From: an uncultured Acidobacteriota bacterium | GTDB taxonomy: Bacteria; Acidobacteriota; Blastocatellia; RBC074 | Reading direction: 5' to 3' | Length of the DNA: 64,000 nucleotides | NCBI GenBank assembly: GCA_963796275.1 | Contig: CAWCKY010000001.1 | Coordinates: 640,001-704,000 of the forward strand | Shown: positions 38,766 through 48,965 of the stretch, piece by piece | Layout: each line of letters opens with the position of its first letter | Position numbering within the stretch: the stretch's first letter is position 1 | The notes under the pieces: model-generated | Seen by the model: only the letters and a program-made list of their open reading frames with translations | Databases searched by the model: none | Told to the model about the DNA's origin: nothing | Position numbers and translations under genes: made by a program

Positions 38766-41405
38766 TTACGCATCCATCCAGTTATCGCCGGCGCCGACTT
38801 CGACAACCATCGGCACATCGATTTTTGCGGCGGTCTCCATAATATGCTTCACGATTTCCGTTGTTTGCTTGATCTCTTTCTCCGGCACTTCGAATACGAG
38901 CTCGTCGTGTACTTGCAGGATCATGCGCGCTCTCAGCTTCTCGCGTCGCAGTGATTCGGCGACGCGCAGCATCGCTAGTTTCACAATATCCGATACTGAT
39001 CCCTGCATGGGCAGGTTAATCGCCTCTCGTTCGGCGCGCGCCTGCGCGGTGCCCCTGCTCTTCAGATCCGGCAGACGGCGGAGGCGGCCATAGATCGAAC
39101 GGATGATGCAGTTGTTTTGGCGAGCGAGCTCGGGAAGCTCATCCATATACTTCTTCACACCGGTGTAAGTCCGATAGTATCCGTCGATCACCTTCTTGGC
39201 TTCGCTCCGAGAGATACCGACGCGCTGCGCCAGTCCGAAAGGGCCGATGACATAAGCGATCCCGAAGTTGACGATCTTGGCCAGCCTCCGTGCCTCTTTC
39301 ATCTCCGCATCCGTCTTCGCCCCGAAGATTTCGCGCGCGGTGCGGGAGTGAATGTCTTCGCCTTTGCCGAATGTCTCGACCATCACCGGATCTTTGGTGA
39401 TGTGAGCCAACATCCGCAATTCGATCTGCGAATAGTCGGCTGAGAGCAATACGTGACCTTCGGCCGGGATGAAAGCCCGCCGTATGCGTTGGCCCGTTTC
39501 CGTTCGGATAGGGATATTCTGAAGATTGGGATCTATCGATTGCACTCGACCGGTCGCCGTCGCAGTCTGGCGCAGCGTCGTGTGTATCCGCCCGTCTCCA
39601 GGGTCGATCAGCGAAGGTAGCGTGTCGACATACGTCCCTTTGAGCTTCGATAATTCTCGATGTTCGATGATCAGCCGCGGAAGCTCATACTTCCCGGCCA
39701 GTTCTTCCAGGATGTCGCGGCTTGTCGAAATTTTTCCGGTCGTCGTGCGCCGCGAAACTTCAAAATTCAGTTCTTCAAAAATTTCGCCGAGCTGTGATGT
39801 TGAGGCGATGTTGAACTCGCGGCCGGCGAGTTCGTGAATTTTCCCGGTGAGCTTCTCGAGCTCATGCTCCATCTCCACCGAAAGATCGGCAAGCACCTGC
39901 GGGTCGATGCGAAATCCCGTGCGCTCCATCTCATAGAGGAGCGGAATGAGAGGCATTTCGATCTTATGATAGAGGAAATCGAGTTTCTCCTGCTGAAAAT
40001 CGAACTGTAGGCTGTCTTCCCCGAACTTTGTGCTTAGGACATCGGCCAGTTGTTGAGACAGGTCAGCAGCCTGTGCCGCTTTATTTTCTTCATCCGGATC
40101 GATTTTTCCGCTCAGAAACTCGTGCGCGAGCGAGGGCAGGTCGTACCTCGAGCGCTCCGGTTCGATCAGGTAGGCCTGAATCATGGCGTCGTCGCTGACA
40201 TTTTCAAGAGAGATGCCATCAGCCCTCAGCAAGTGGTATGCGCGTTTGAGATAGTAAGTTGATTTTTCGATCAAACCGTTGTCGAAGACTTCTTTGAGCA
40301 GGCGCACGGCTTCGCTGCGATCGTCACAACTCGCCAGGTCGAAGAAGTCGGCGGAATTTGGAGCAGTGGAAAATGCCACGCCGGTCAGTTCGCCGGATGC
40401 CCCTTCCGCCAGCGCGAATCCGAAACGATCGCGATCGAAGAGCGAATCGACCAGCTTGCGCAGCTCTTCGGTCTTCACGCACCGTCTGTAATCGGTCTTT
40501 TCAGCCTTCTCCCTGGCAGGGCCTTTTTCTTTGGTGGCGCCATCGGCGAACTCGCGTGTCAGTTGCGCGAATTCGAGCTCGGAGAACAATTCATAGGCCA
40601 GTCTCAGGTCGGGCTCTTCGAGGATCAAAGAATCCAGATTCAATTGGACCGCTACATCGACATCGATACGCGCCAGTTCACGCGAGACCCGAATCTGTTC
40701 CGCGTTATCCCGCAGCGATTCACGATAAGTTTTCCTTTTGACTTTTTCCCAACCCTCCAAAGCGCCTTCTACCGACCCGAACTCTTCTAGCAGTTGCACG
40801 GCGCCTTTCTCGCCTATGCCGGGCGCGCCCGGTATGCCGTCGACCGCATCGCCCATCAGTCCGATCCAGTCGATTATTTGATCGGGCCTCACGCCGTATT
40901 TCTCCTTGACCCCCGCTTCGCCCAACATTACCTCACCGGTTTTGTCGACGCGCAATATCTGGATGGCCGGGTCGACCACTAACTGCGCCAGATCTTTATC
41001 GCTGGTGACGATAACCGTCTGTAATCCATTTTCACGGGCCTGCCGCGCGAGCGTGCCCATGATGTCATCGGCTTCGTACCGCGCCAGCTTGATCACCGGC
41101 ACGCGCAACGCATCACACACGCGTTCGATGTAAGGCACTTGCACCTGTAGATCTTCAGGCATGTCGGGGCGGTGGGCTTTGTAATCTTGGTACTGTTCCT
41201 GGCGGACGGTCCTCTCTTTTGAATCCAGCACGACACCGAGGTAATCCGGCTTGTGGTCTTTAATAAGCTTCCGCAGAGTTATGGTGAAGCCGTATATGGA
41301 ATTGGTCGGCAATCCCTTTGAATTCGAGAGACCGCGAATCGCGAAGTACGAACGGAAGATGTTCGACATTCCGTCAACCAGGAAGAGGCGTTTTTTGTTC
41401 GGCAT
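38766..41405 (-). CDS. polA: DNA polymerase I
   Basis: 5'-3' exonuclease LVDG..EADD..SDKD, PGIGEKGA; polymerase PNLQNIP, ADYSQIELR, KIVNFG, QVHDEL. Confidence 0.97.
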   Translation of the reverse strand: MPNKKRLFLVDGMSNIFRSYFAIRGLSNSKGLPTNSIYGFTITLRKLIKDHKPDYLGVVLDSKERTVRQEQYQDYKAHRPDMPEDLQVQVPYIERVCDALRVPVIKLARYEADDIMGTLARQARENGLQTVIVTSDKDLAQLVVDPAIQILRVDKTGEVMLGEAGVKEKYGVRPDQIIDWIGLMGDAVDGIPGAPGIGEKGAVQLLEEFGSVEGALEGWEKVKRKTYRESLRDNAEQIRVSRELARIDVDVAVQLNLDSLILEEPDLRLAYELFSELEFAQLTREFADGATKEKGPAREKAEKTDYRRCVKTEELRKLVDSLFDRDRFGFALAEGASGELTGVAFSTAPNSADFFDLASCDDRSEAVRLLKEVFDNGLIEKSTYYLKRAYHLLRADGISLENVSDDAMIQAYLIEPERSRYDLPSLAHEFLSGKIDPDEENKAAQAADLSQQLADVLSTKFGEDSLQFDFQQEKLDFLYHKIEMPLIPLLYEMERTGFRIDPQVLADLSVEMEHELEKLTGKIHELAGREFNIASTSQLGEIFEELNFEVSRRTTTGKISTSRDILEELAGKYELPRLIIEHRELSKLKGTYVDTLPSLIDPGDGRIHTTLRQTATATGRVQSIDPNLQNIPIRTETGQRIRRAFIPAEGHVLLSADYSQIELRMLAHITKDPVMVETFGKGEDIHSRTAREIFGAKTDAEMKEARRLAKIVNFGIAYVIGPFGLAQRVGISRSEAKKVIDGYYRTYTGVKKYMDELPELARQNNCIIRSIYGRLRRLPDLKSRGTAQARAEREAINLPMQGSVSDIVKLAMLRVAESLRREKLRARMILQVHDELVFEVPEKEIKQTTEIVKHIMETAAKIDVPMVVEVGAGDNWMDA

Positions 41406-41454
41406 GAGTATAGATTATCGGACCAGCGAGGCGAGGCCGCAACCGAAGCGGCGG

Positions 41455-41544
41455 GAGAGATTCACCAGAAAATGAGAATAAACGGGAACAAGCGAGGAGC
41501 CGCGCCTTTACCAATTATTCATGAAATTTTTTGGTGAATCTCTC
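41455..41544. repeat. Inverted repeat GAGAGATTCACCA / TGGTGAATCTCTC
   Basis: Perfect 13-bp arms in the polA-ilvE spacer; shares a TTCACCA core with 54241-54317. Confidence 0.6.
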
Positions 41545-41561
41545 GCACTACACTTATCGCT

Positions 41562-42503
41562 TCACTTGTTCACCAACGCGAGCCATTCGCCCGGCGCTTC
41601 TCTTTCGCCCGAAGTGATAGCGAAAAACACTTTTTGCAGGTCCGCGGTGATCGGACCGCGCTTGCCGCTCCCGACCTTGATACGGTCGATGCTGCGTATT
41701 GGAGTGATTTCGGCAGCTGTCCCCGTAAAGAAGACCTCATCGGCGGTATAGAGCGCCGCGCGCGGAATTACCTGCTCGATGACTTCGTATCCGTTGTTGC
41801 GCGCGATCTGGATTACCGAGTCGCGTGTGATGCCCGAGAGAATCGCGCTGCTCAACGGCGGCGTGTAAATTTTCGCGTCCCGAATGACGAAGAGATTCTC
41901 GCCGCTCCCCTCGCTGACGTTCCCGTTGGTATCGAGCGCAATGCCTTCGACGAAACCATTCGTTATCGCTTCCATCTTGATCAATTGCGAATTCATGTAG
42001 TTCGCCGCAGCCTTCGCCGTCGCGGGGAGAGTGTTGCCGTGCATGCGCGCCCAACTCGAGACGCAGACATCCACGCCTTCCTCGATCGATTCGGTGCCCA
42101 GATATTTACCCCAGACCCAGCTCGCGATGTAAACCTCGATCGGGTTGGGTAGGGGATTGACTCCGAAACTCCCGTATCCGCGAAAGATGATGGGGCGCAG
42201 ATAACATTCCTTGAAATGATTGACACGAACGACCTCTAGGCAGGCATTAATCAACTGGTCGACCGAATAGCCGATCTCCATGCGGTAAACATGGCAGGAA
42301 TCTCGCAGCCTGGTGATGTGTTCGTTAAGGCGGAAGACGGCGGGGCCCTGCTTGGTAGAATAACAACGAATTCCCTCAAAGAGCGCTGATGCATAATGAA
42401 CGACGTGCGACATTATGTGTATATTCGCATCGTCCCAATCAATCATCTTTCCGTTGTGCCATATCTTCTTTGCGGTTTCAGTTGATGCGGTTGGATGGGC
42501 CAT
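41562..42503 (-). CDS. ilvE: Branched-chain amino acid aminotransferase
   Basis: HYASALFEG, KAAANY, SEGSGEN, LSGITR, FFTGTAAEITP. Confidence 0.96.
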   Translation of the reverse strand: MAHPTASTETAKKIWHNGKMIDWDDANIHIMSHVVHYASALFEGIRCYSTKQGPAVFRLNEHITRLRDSCHVYRMEIGYSVDQLINACLEVVRVNHFKECYLRPIIFRGYGSFGVNPLPNPIEVYIASWVWGKYLGTESIEEGVDVCVSSWARMHGNTLPATAKAAANYMNSQLIKMEAITNGFVEGIALDTNGNVSEGSGENLFVIRDAKIYTPPLSSAILSGITRDSVIQIARNNGYEVIEQVIPRAALYTADEVFFTGTAAEITPIRSIDRIKVGSGKRGPITADLQKVFFAITSGEREAPGEWLALVNK

Positions 42504-42727
42504 AGAATGCTTCTACTCCTTCATTATTTTGTTCGGTTGGATAGAGATATCGATGAGAGTTCGAATCAACATTGACCGGGGCATCATATAAGCCGCCGCT
42601 GATTGAGGTCAAGCACCTTACGAAATAGGGCAATTCGACCCGTGTTTTGTTCAGGATGATTTCCTTACTATCTATCCCATTCGAAATCGTTTTGATTTAG
42701 AATATCCCCTCAAATTGTGAATTTTCG

Positions 42728-42770
42728 GATGTTATAGATGTTATAGATGTTATAGATGTTATAGATGTTA
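42728..42770 (+). repeat. Tandem 9-mer GATGTTATA, about 4.8 copies
   Basis: Four perfect copies plus GATGTTA, ending 14 bp before the trm112 ATG. Confidence 0.9.
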
Positions 42771-42784
42771 AAAGATAAATAGCG

Positions 42785-42961
42785 ATGAGCATCAATCCCG
42801 ATTTTCTCGAAATTCTTCGCTGTCCGGCCTGTAAGGCTAAAGTCGAACTGAAGGCCGATGGCAGCGGCTTGAAATGTGTAAATTGTCATCGGGTCTACCC
42901 GATTCGCGATGAGATACCGGTCATGCTCGTGGATGAGGCGAACATTGAGGAGGAATCTTAA
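42785..42961 (+). CDS. Trm112/YcaR-family protein (58 aa, absent from the ORF track)
   Basis: Translated by hand: MSINPDFLEILRCPACKAKV...LKCVNCHRVYPIRDEIPVMLVDEANIEEES. Confidence 0.9.
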   Translation: MSINPDFLEILRCPACKAKVELKADGSGLKCVNCHRVYPIRDEIPVMLVDEANIEEES

Positions 42962-43126
42962 TTGCGGATTGGCAGAATCTTGCGACAGCAAATATATCTA
43001 GCAAATATATCTAAAAGATCATATATGACATATGAAAGCAGGAGATTTTTTATGCTGGAAACTGTCGTGAGTTTTCTGGTTAAGGGATTCTGCCAACAGC
43101 GATCGACGATTATATCCGCAATCTGA

Positions 43127-44203
43127 ATGTCCACGCCTATCTTCCAACGACTCCCCCCCGATTCGCGCGTGTTATTCATCCGCATCCGTAATCTCGGCGA
43201 AGCGGTCCTGGATACGGCCAACCTGCATGCGCTCAAGGGCTGGCGCCCGGATTTGAAAATTTCAACACTGGTAGAAGAGATATATACCGACCTCTACGCA
43301 GCCGATCCGTACGTCAAAGCCGTTCCACTGCCGCGCGGCGATCGCGACAAACGCAGTACAGTCGTCGCTCGTCTGAACATGATCAGGGAGATTCGCCGCG
43401 AGAAATTCACCGCAGTGATCAACTTGCACGGCGGTCCGACCAGCGCGCAGCTGACTTTTTCAAGCGGCGCGTCTCATCGCATTGGGGCGTCACATTTTCG
43501 CAACGGTTACGCATACAATCTTCGCATCCCTTCGGCAGATGGTATCCTCGGGAGAAAAGATCTGCACACAGTCGAGTACCAATTCGGACAATTTAAATGG
43601 CTTGGGTTGCCGAATAACGAACCGGGTCCGACGCAGCTCTTCGTCGATCCGCGAAAAAGGGAAACGGCGTTGGTGAAGTTGGCGGAGGCGGGCTTGGATC
43701 TGGCGAAACCCTATGCGGCGCTCGCACCGACGAGCGAATTTTATACCAAAAGATGGATGCCGCAGAGTTATGCCGCTGTCGCCGAACAGTTGATAGACCG
43801 TGGCCTTCAGGTCGTAATGACAGGCGCGCCTGGCGATGAGCAAAAAATGCAATTGCAGGCTGTCCAGGCCTCGACCAACCAGCATCTTCCCGCACTGACA
43901 TCCTTGAGCATCGGAGAGTTGGTCGCTGTGGTGGCGGATAGCAGGCTTTTTGTGGGAAACGATAGCGGCCCGGCTCATATTGCAGCCGCCGTCAAAACCC
44001 CGCTCGTCGTTCTCTTCGGACCGGCCAGCTCTGAGCGATGGCGACCCTGGGGGCCCCAATCGGAACTCGTGCAGAACTATTTCCCGTGCAACCCGTGTTC
44101 AATGTACACTTGCGAGGTTTTCGGTGAGCCCCAATGCATACGCTCTATCAGCGTAGATCAGGTAATGAAAGCGATCCATAAACAATTGCAGAAAGCGGAG
44201 TAG
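43127..44203 (+). CDS. GT9 LPS heptosyltransferase
   Basis: RNLGE, KRW, VGNDSGPAHIAAA, LFGP, CNPC. Confidence 0.9.
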   Translation: MSTPIFQRLPPDSRVLFIRIRNLGEAVLDTANLHALKGWRPDLKISTLVEEIYTDLYAADPYVKAVPLPRGDRDKRSTVVARLNMIREIRREKFTAVINLHGGPTSAQLTFSSGASHRIGASHFRNGYAYNLRIPSADGILGRKDLHTVEYQFGQFKWLGLPNNEPGPTQLFVDPRKRETALVKLAEAGLDLAKPYAALAPTSEFYTKRWMPQSYAAVAEQLIDRGLQVVMTGAPGDEQKMQLQAVQASTNQHLPALTSLSIGELVAVVADSRLFVGNDSGPAHIAAAVKTPLVVLFGPASSERWRPWGPQSELVQNYFPCNPCSMYTCEVFGEPQCIRSISVDQVMKAIHKQLQKAE

Positions 44204-44241
44204 CAGGGAAGCTCTTCTCATATCTGATCCGTTATTCCTAT

Positions 44242-45228
44242 ATGAATCTCCAACGCGCTCAAAAAATAGTCAACACATTCTCCGACTGCCGCATCGTGGT
44301 TCTCGGAGACCTGATGCTCGATGAATTTATCTGGGGCGAAGTGCGTCGTATCTCACCTGAAGCTCCCGTCCCCGTTGTCGATGTCAAACGTGAGACCTGG
44401 AATCTCGGCGGTGCCGCAAATGTTGTGGCCAATCTGCTGGAGCTCGGAGCGCGGGCCGTTCCCATAGGGATAGTAGGCGACGATGAGGCTGCCGGAGTGC
44501 TGCGCAATTGTCTGACCCGAGGTGGAGCGGAGGTTTCGGGTATCGTCACCGATTCATCGCGTCCGACTACGCGCAAAACGAGGATAGTCGCGCATAGCCA
44601 GCAGATGGTCAGAGCAGATCGTGAGAATCGCGCGCCCATCTCATCAGATACCGAAGAACGCCTCATACCCGTATTTCTCGAGGCGCTGAAAAATTCCGAT
44701 GCCATTATCATTTCCGACTATGACAAGGGCTTGCTCACGCCGCGGCTCTTGAATGCCACCATAGTCGCTACGCAGGCGCAAAATAAAATCGTCTGCCTTG
44801 ATCCCAAGATCAGAAACTTTCTCCATTACCGCAAAGTCGATTGCATCACTCCCAATCAACTAGAAGCCGAACGAGTGACAAATATTGAAATTATCGACCA
44901 GGATTCCCTTCGCACCGCCGCGAGTCGCATACGAGATATGCTCGATTGTAAAAATGTCCTGATCACACGGGGCGAATCGGGCATGAGCCTACTGAATGTG
45001 AATGATAAGCTGACACATATCCCCACCGTCGCACGCCAGGTCTATGACGTTACCGGCGCCGGAGATACCGTCATCGCCGTTCTCACTCTCGCCCTTGTCT
45101 CGGGCGCCGAACTCGAAGAGGCCGCCATCATCGCCAATCACGCCGCCGGTGTGGTCGTCAGCAAGATCGGGACCGCTACATTATCACCCGCTGAGTTGTC
45201 AATAGCATTGCAGAATATCGAGCATTAA
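44242..45228 (+). CDS. rfaE1: D-glycero-beta-D-manno-heptose-7-phosphate kinase
   Basis: GDLMLD, RISPEAPVPV, SDYDKG, DPK, DVTGAGDTV. Confidence 0.93.
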   Translation: MNLQRAQKIVNTFSDCRIVVLGDLMLDEFIWGEVRRISPEAPVPVVDVKRETWNLGGAANVVANLLELGARAVPIGIVGDDEAAGVLRNCLTRGGAEVSGIVTDSSRPTTRKTRIVAHSQQMVRADRENRAPISSDTEERLIPVFLEALKNSDAIIISDYDKGLLTPRLLNATIVATQAQNKIVCLDPKIRNFLHYRKVDCITPNQLEAERVTNIEIIDQDSLRTAASRIRDMLDCKNVLITRGESGMSLLNVNDKLTHIPTVARQVYDVTGAGDTVIAVLTLALVSGAELEEAAIIANHAAGVVVSKIGTATLSPAELSIALQNIEH

Positions 45229-45722
45229 AATGCTTTCTAACTTGCTGCCTACGCTGACTTTATTACCTCTAGTGTTTTTCTAATTTGTCCCATAAATGCG
45301 AATTTGACCGCAACAATTTGATTCATGTTAGGTAATAAGTTTCCGTCTTATTTCCGTCCGTTAGCTCATTGAGCTACTACTTGTCAAGCATCTAATCAAA
45401 ATAATTTTACTTCTAAATACGTATTTTACGGGAGGTTAAGTAACTACTCGAAATAGTGTGGCTAAAATATAGGATATGAATGATATAATTCTTTTGTAAG
45501 TGCCTCCAACTTATTTATGCATGTGCCTCCAACGAAATTCGTGAGTTTCTATCACGTAAGTGGTTTTGCTATCCGCTGCCACTGAAGAAATAAAAAAATG
45601 AATGAATCAATGACTAATATGACAGCCCTGCATAAATATTTATTGCATTTCAAGTTACCGGTGTGAGATCCGCAACGGAACTTTAGCTAATGGGAGAATA
45701 ACGGATCTAACTGAAAATTCTT

Positions 45723-46403
45723 ATGAGTAAAGGTTTGAACCCCGTTGTTTGGACATCCTCTATATTACTTTTACTTCAAGTTGGAGTTCACGGACAGGAC
45801 CAAAAACTATCTAACATAGATCAACCTGCAGCCATAGCTACATCAACTACAACCGTCAATCCATCGAATCCGCTGGTGGCTGCCGTTTCTGAAAACAAAG
45901 GGAACGTCAGGTCGGAAGTGAACAATGTGATAGCTTCCTTCCGGGGATTCAGGGTGATTTTTCCAGCTTCGATAACCAAGACGCGACCGAGAACTGTTAT
46001 AGCAGTGCCAATGGTAGCTTTGAAGAATCCATCGGTCAATTTCAGGACAGACGCAGACGAAGCGCGGATGGGCGAAAGCAGATTTCCCAATCCGAATATT
46101 GAGATCATCGGTGATCCTTCGGTATTCAATGCGACGGCTTACTCACTTTATGGGCCGACTCGCTCAGGCGAATACGTACGCCGTGGAGTAATCGCGGCAG
46201 ATCCGCGGGTAATACCACTAGGTTCGGTAGTACAGATCAGCGCAGGAAAATACTCGGGGGTATACACGGTTCTGGATACGGGAAAGGTTATCAAGGGCAA
46301 GATCGTCGACTTATGGATGCCTACATATCGCGAAGCCGTAAATTTTGGCCGCCAACAAGTCAAGGTGCGCATACTGCGTCGCGGTTATAGAAAGACCAAA
46401 TAG
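45723..46403 (+). CDS. Secreted 3D-domain (MltA-like) cell-wall protein
   Basis: Signal peptide; ATAYS, IAADPRVIPLGS, DTG..IKG..VDLW. Confidence 0.88.
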   Translation: MSKGLNPVVWTSSILLLLQVGVHGQDQKLSNIDQPAAIATSTTTVNPSNPLVAAVSENKGNVRSEVNNVIASFRGFRVIFPASITKTRPRTVIAVPMVALKNPSVNFRTDADEARMGESRFPNPNIEIIGDPSVFNATAYSLYGPTRSGEYVRRGVIAADPRVIPLGSVVQISAGKYSGVYTVLDTGKVIKGKIVDLWMPTYREAVNFGRQQVKVRILRRGYRKTK

Positions 46404-46436
46404 TATCCGTCAAAACAAGTAGGACAATAAACAAAG

Positions 46437-46464
46437 AAAAGGGGGGCATTTAGCTCCCTTTTTT
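46437..46464 (+). terminator. Intrinsic terminator
   Basis: AAAAGGGGGGC-attta-GCTCCCTTTTTT after the 3D-domain gene. Confidence 0.7.
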
Positions 46465-46716
46465 CTATTGTGTCTCAATTTATTTATTGCCCGTCCGATT
46501 CAACGCTCCTCTCTGTGTTATTCATCGATGGAATTTTTTAGAGAGGACTTCAGTCAAGTCACTATGTTTCAGTCGGGGGTGTCAGTACAAGTTAGCGAAC
46601 TTGAAGCGGTGTTTTGAGCGAAGTTACATTTGACCCGACCGTCCACGTAACTGTTCGTCGAAAATCGATTCGGATTTGTAATGTCTATTTCTGCCGAGGC
46701 TATCGATCGGCGCTCG

Positions 46717-48615
46717 TCATTTTCTCTGATGAGCTACACCGACTTTCAAATGAGAATAAAGAGAGTTCGAACGATAGATACGGTGTGTAGCTTTCTGAAA
46801 ATCTCCATCGACAGCTTTATAGATATCGACAAACTTTTGCGGGTTGCGGTCGACCAGCGGAAACCAACTGCTTTGCACCTGCACCATCATTTTATGTCCT
46901 TTGCGAAACGAGTGATGAACGTCCTGCAGGACGAATGAGACTCTGGTGGGACGATTTGGGACTAGCGGTTCCGGTTTTTCATAGCTATCCCTGAATTTGG
47001 CTCGCATGACGTCACCCCGGACGAGCATTTGAAAACCGCCCATCTGCACGTTCCCGGGGTTCGGGACGGGATTCGGCGCATTATTTGGGAGAACATCGAT
47101 CAATTTGACCACGAAATCCGCGTCAGTTCCGGTGGTGGAAATATACAAATCGGCCGTAATTGGCCCGGCAATTTCTAAGTCTTCGGAAAGCGCCTCAGTC
47201 TCATAGGTCAGAACATCTGTCCGTGTTGCGGCGAAGCGCTGGTCCTCGACCATGTACCCCTCCATGCCCCGGCCATTGCTTATGTTCGGGATGTACGGCA
47301 CGGGCTTATTCGGATCGCTGACGTATTCATCATATTCCTCGCCTTTGCCCTTCGGCGGATCGAACGACAGCGCACCATTGGCATGGAAGTAGAGAGCTTT
47401 TTGCTCTACGCCCTTAGGCGGCCATTGGCTGTATGACCTCCATGCGTTGGCGCCGGTGAGGAAGGTTGACGCTTCGGGCAGGCTCATCGAGCCTTTATCT
47501 TTCAGGTAATAATCGAAGAAGACCTTCTCGATGTTCTCCTGATAATACTCCGAGGTATTCGAGCCGAATTGAATGCTTCCTAATGAGGAAAAATCTCTGC
47601 TCGCCCAGCAACCGTGACACCACGGCCCCATAACCAGAAAATTGGAGATCCCCGGATTCTGCTTTTCGATGGCTTGGTATGTATTCAGTGTCCCATACAG
47701 ATCCTCAGCATCGAACCAGCCGGCGACGACCATGACCGCGGGCTTGATCTTCTTGAGATGGGGCATTACGCGGCGAGACTTCCAGAAGTCGTCGTAGACA
47801 CCGTGCCTCATCAGGTCGTTCCAGAAGGCGATCTCGTTTTTAAAATATTTGCGGTTCGCGTTCGCAAGCGGTCCCATTTCGAGAAAGAAGCGATAGCCAT
47901 CGGGCGTGCCGTGGTCGAAGCGAGGCGGCCCGACGCTCGTCGGTTTGGGGCGCGGCTGCCCGATGTACGAGTAGAAGTTGAAGGCGTCGATCAGAAAGAA
48001 CGCTCCGTGATGATGCCAGTCGTCGCCGATGAACCAATCGCCGACCGGAGCTTGTGGCGAGGCAGCTTTGAGCGCCGGATGCGCATCGATGATACCCATG
48101 GAAGTGTAGAAGCCGGGATATGATATGCCCCACTGGCCGACGCGTCCGTTGTGGTTGGTGACGTTTTTGAGAAGCCACTCGATAGTGTCGTAAGTGTCGC
48201 TGCTCTCGTCAATCTCCGCGCCTTTTTTGTTCGGATTATAAGGGCGGGCATCGATGAACTCTCCCTCGGACATCCACCTTCCGCGCACATCCTGGTAGAC
48301 GATGATGTAACCCTCCTTCGCCATATGAATCGAGGGCCCGATCCCAGGCCTGAAGACATCGCTGCCGTATGGCCCGGCGCTGTACGGGGTGCGGTTGAGC
48401 AGGATCGGATACTTCTGAGATGAATCCTTCGGGGCATAGATGGCGGTGAAGAGCTTAATCCCGTCGCGCATCGCGATCATCTGCTCCGACTTGGAGTAGT
48501 GAGTTTTGACGTCAAATGCAGGCTGTTGCGCGCGGGAGGCCGGAAGCGATCTATCTGTGGCGATTGATAGCACCACAATTGACAAGCACAAAACGAAAAC
48601 CCAGGGTTGTTTCAT
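46717..48615 (-). CDS. CocE/NonD-family serine hydrolase (secreted)
   Basis: RTPY, DVRG, GISYPG, GPW.H, QSSWFP. Confidence 0.92.
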   Translation of the reverse strand: MKQPWVFVLCLSIVVLSIATDRSLPASRAQQPAFDVKTHYSKSEQMIAMRDGIKLFTAIYAPKDSSQKYPILLNRTPYSAGPYGSDVFRPGIGPSIHMAKEGYIIVYQDVRGRWMSEGEFIDARPYNPNKKGAEIDESSDTYDTIEWLLKNVTNHNGRVGQWGISYPGFYTSMGIIDAHPALKAASPQAPVGDWFIGDDWHHHGAFFLIDAFNFYSYIGQPRPKPTSVGPPRFDHGTPDGYRFFLEMGPLANANRKYFKNEIAFWNDLMRHGVYDDFWKSRRVMPHLKKIKPAVMVVAGWFDAEDLYGTLNTYQAIEKQNPGISNFLVMGPWCHGCWASRDFSSLGSIQFGSNTSEYYQENIEKVFFDYYLKDKGSMSLPEASTFLTGANAWRSYSQWPPKGVEQKALYFHANGALSFDPPKGKGEEYDEYVSDPNKPVPYIPNISNGRGMEGYMVEDQRFAATRTDVLTYETEALSEDLEIAGPITADLYISTTGTDADFVVKLIDVLPNNAPNPVPNPGNVQMGGFQMLVRGDVMRAKFRDSYEKPEPLVPNRPTRVSFVLQDVHHSFRKGHKMMVQVQSSWFPLVDRNPQKFVDIYKAVDGDFQKATHRIYRSNSLYSHLKVGVAHQRK

Positions 48616-48794
48616 AAATGTCCTTCAGATTTCGATTATCGTGAATACCCGCAATGAGATTGGCGATTGAGGCTACTTTCTAACGTCAGCGCTCACCTCA
48701 AGTCAAGAGAATGATTTGTACCGCTACCCAATGGAGCAGCCGTACCTTTGTTTTTCCATATTGTTGTATTTTATCACTTTTTATACCGGTAATT

Positions 48795-48838
48795 TTGCAA
48801 TTAGTAGTCATCAATGTTACCATCAAGTGGTCAAACCA
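48795..48838 (+). promoter_or_regulatory. sigma70 promoter TTGCAA-N17-TACCAT with operator TGGTCAAACCA
   Basis: Same spacing as the GntR promoter; perfect TGGT-N3-ACCA at 48828-48838. Confidence 0.7.
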
Positions 48839-48965
48839 ATCACGTCCTTACAGACCTCCAGACAATGTGGCTGGAATCAAAGCTGAGCTGGGAAACTTTA
48901 ATAAGTGCTGAATAAGTGCTGAAGATCTGATTCTCTAGACATTAAACCAAAAAGGAGAACCTCCC

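Noticed and set aside
42710-42991. 93-aa minus-strand ORF containing NIYNIYNIY
   Set aside because: It is antisense to the real Trm112 gene; the peptide repeat is just the 9-mer DNA repeat.
45560-45722. c-di-AMP (ydaO) riboswitch before the 3D-domain gene
   Set aside because: Expected from context, but the GCTGAA...GGGGG...GGGTGAAT...GCTAAC core is not recognisable.
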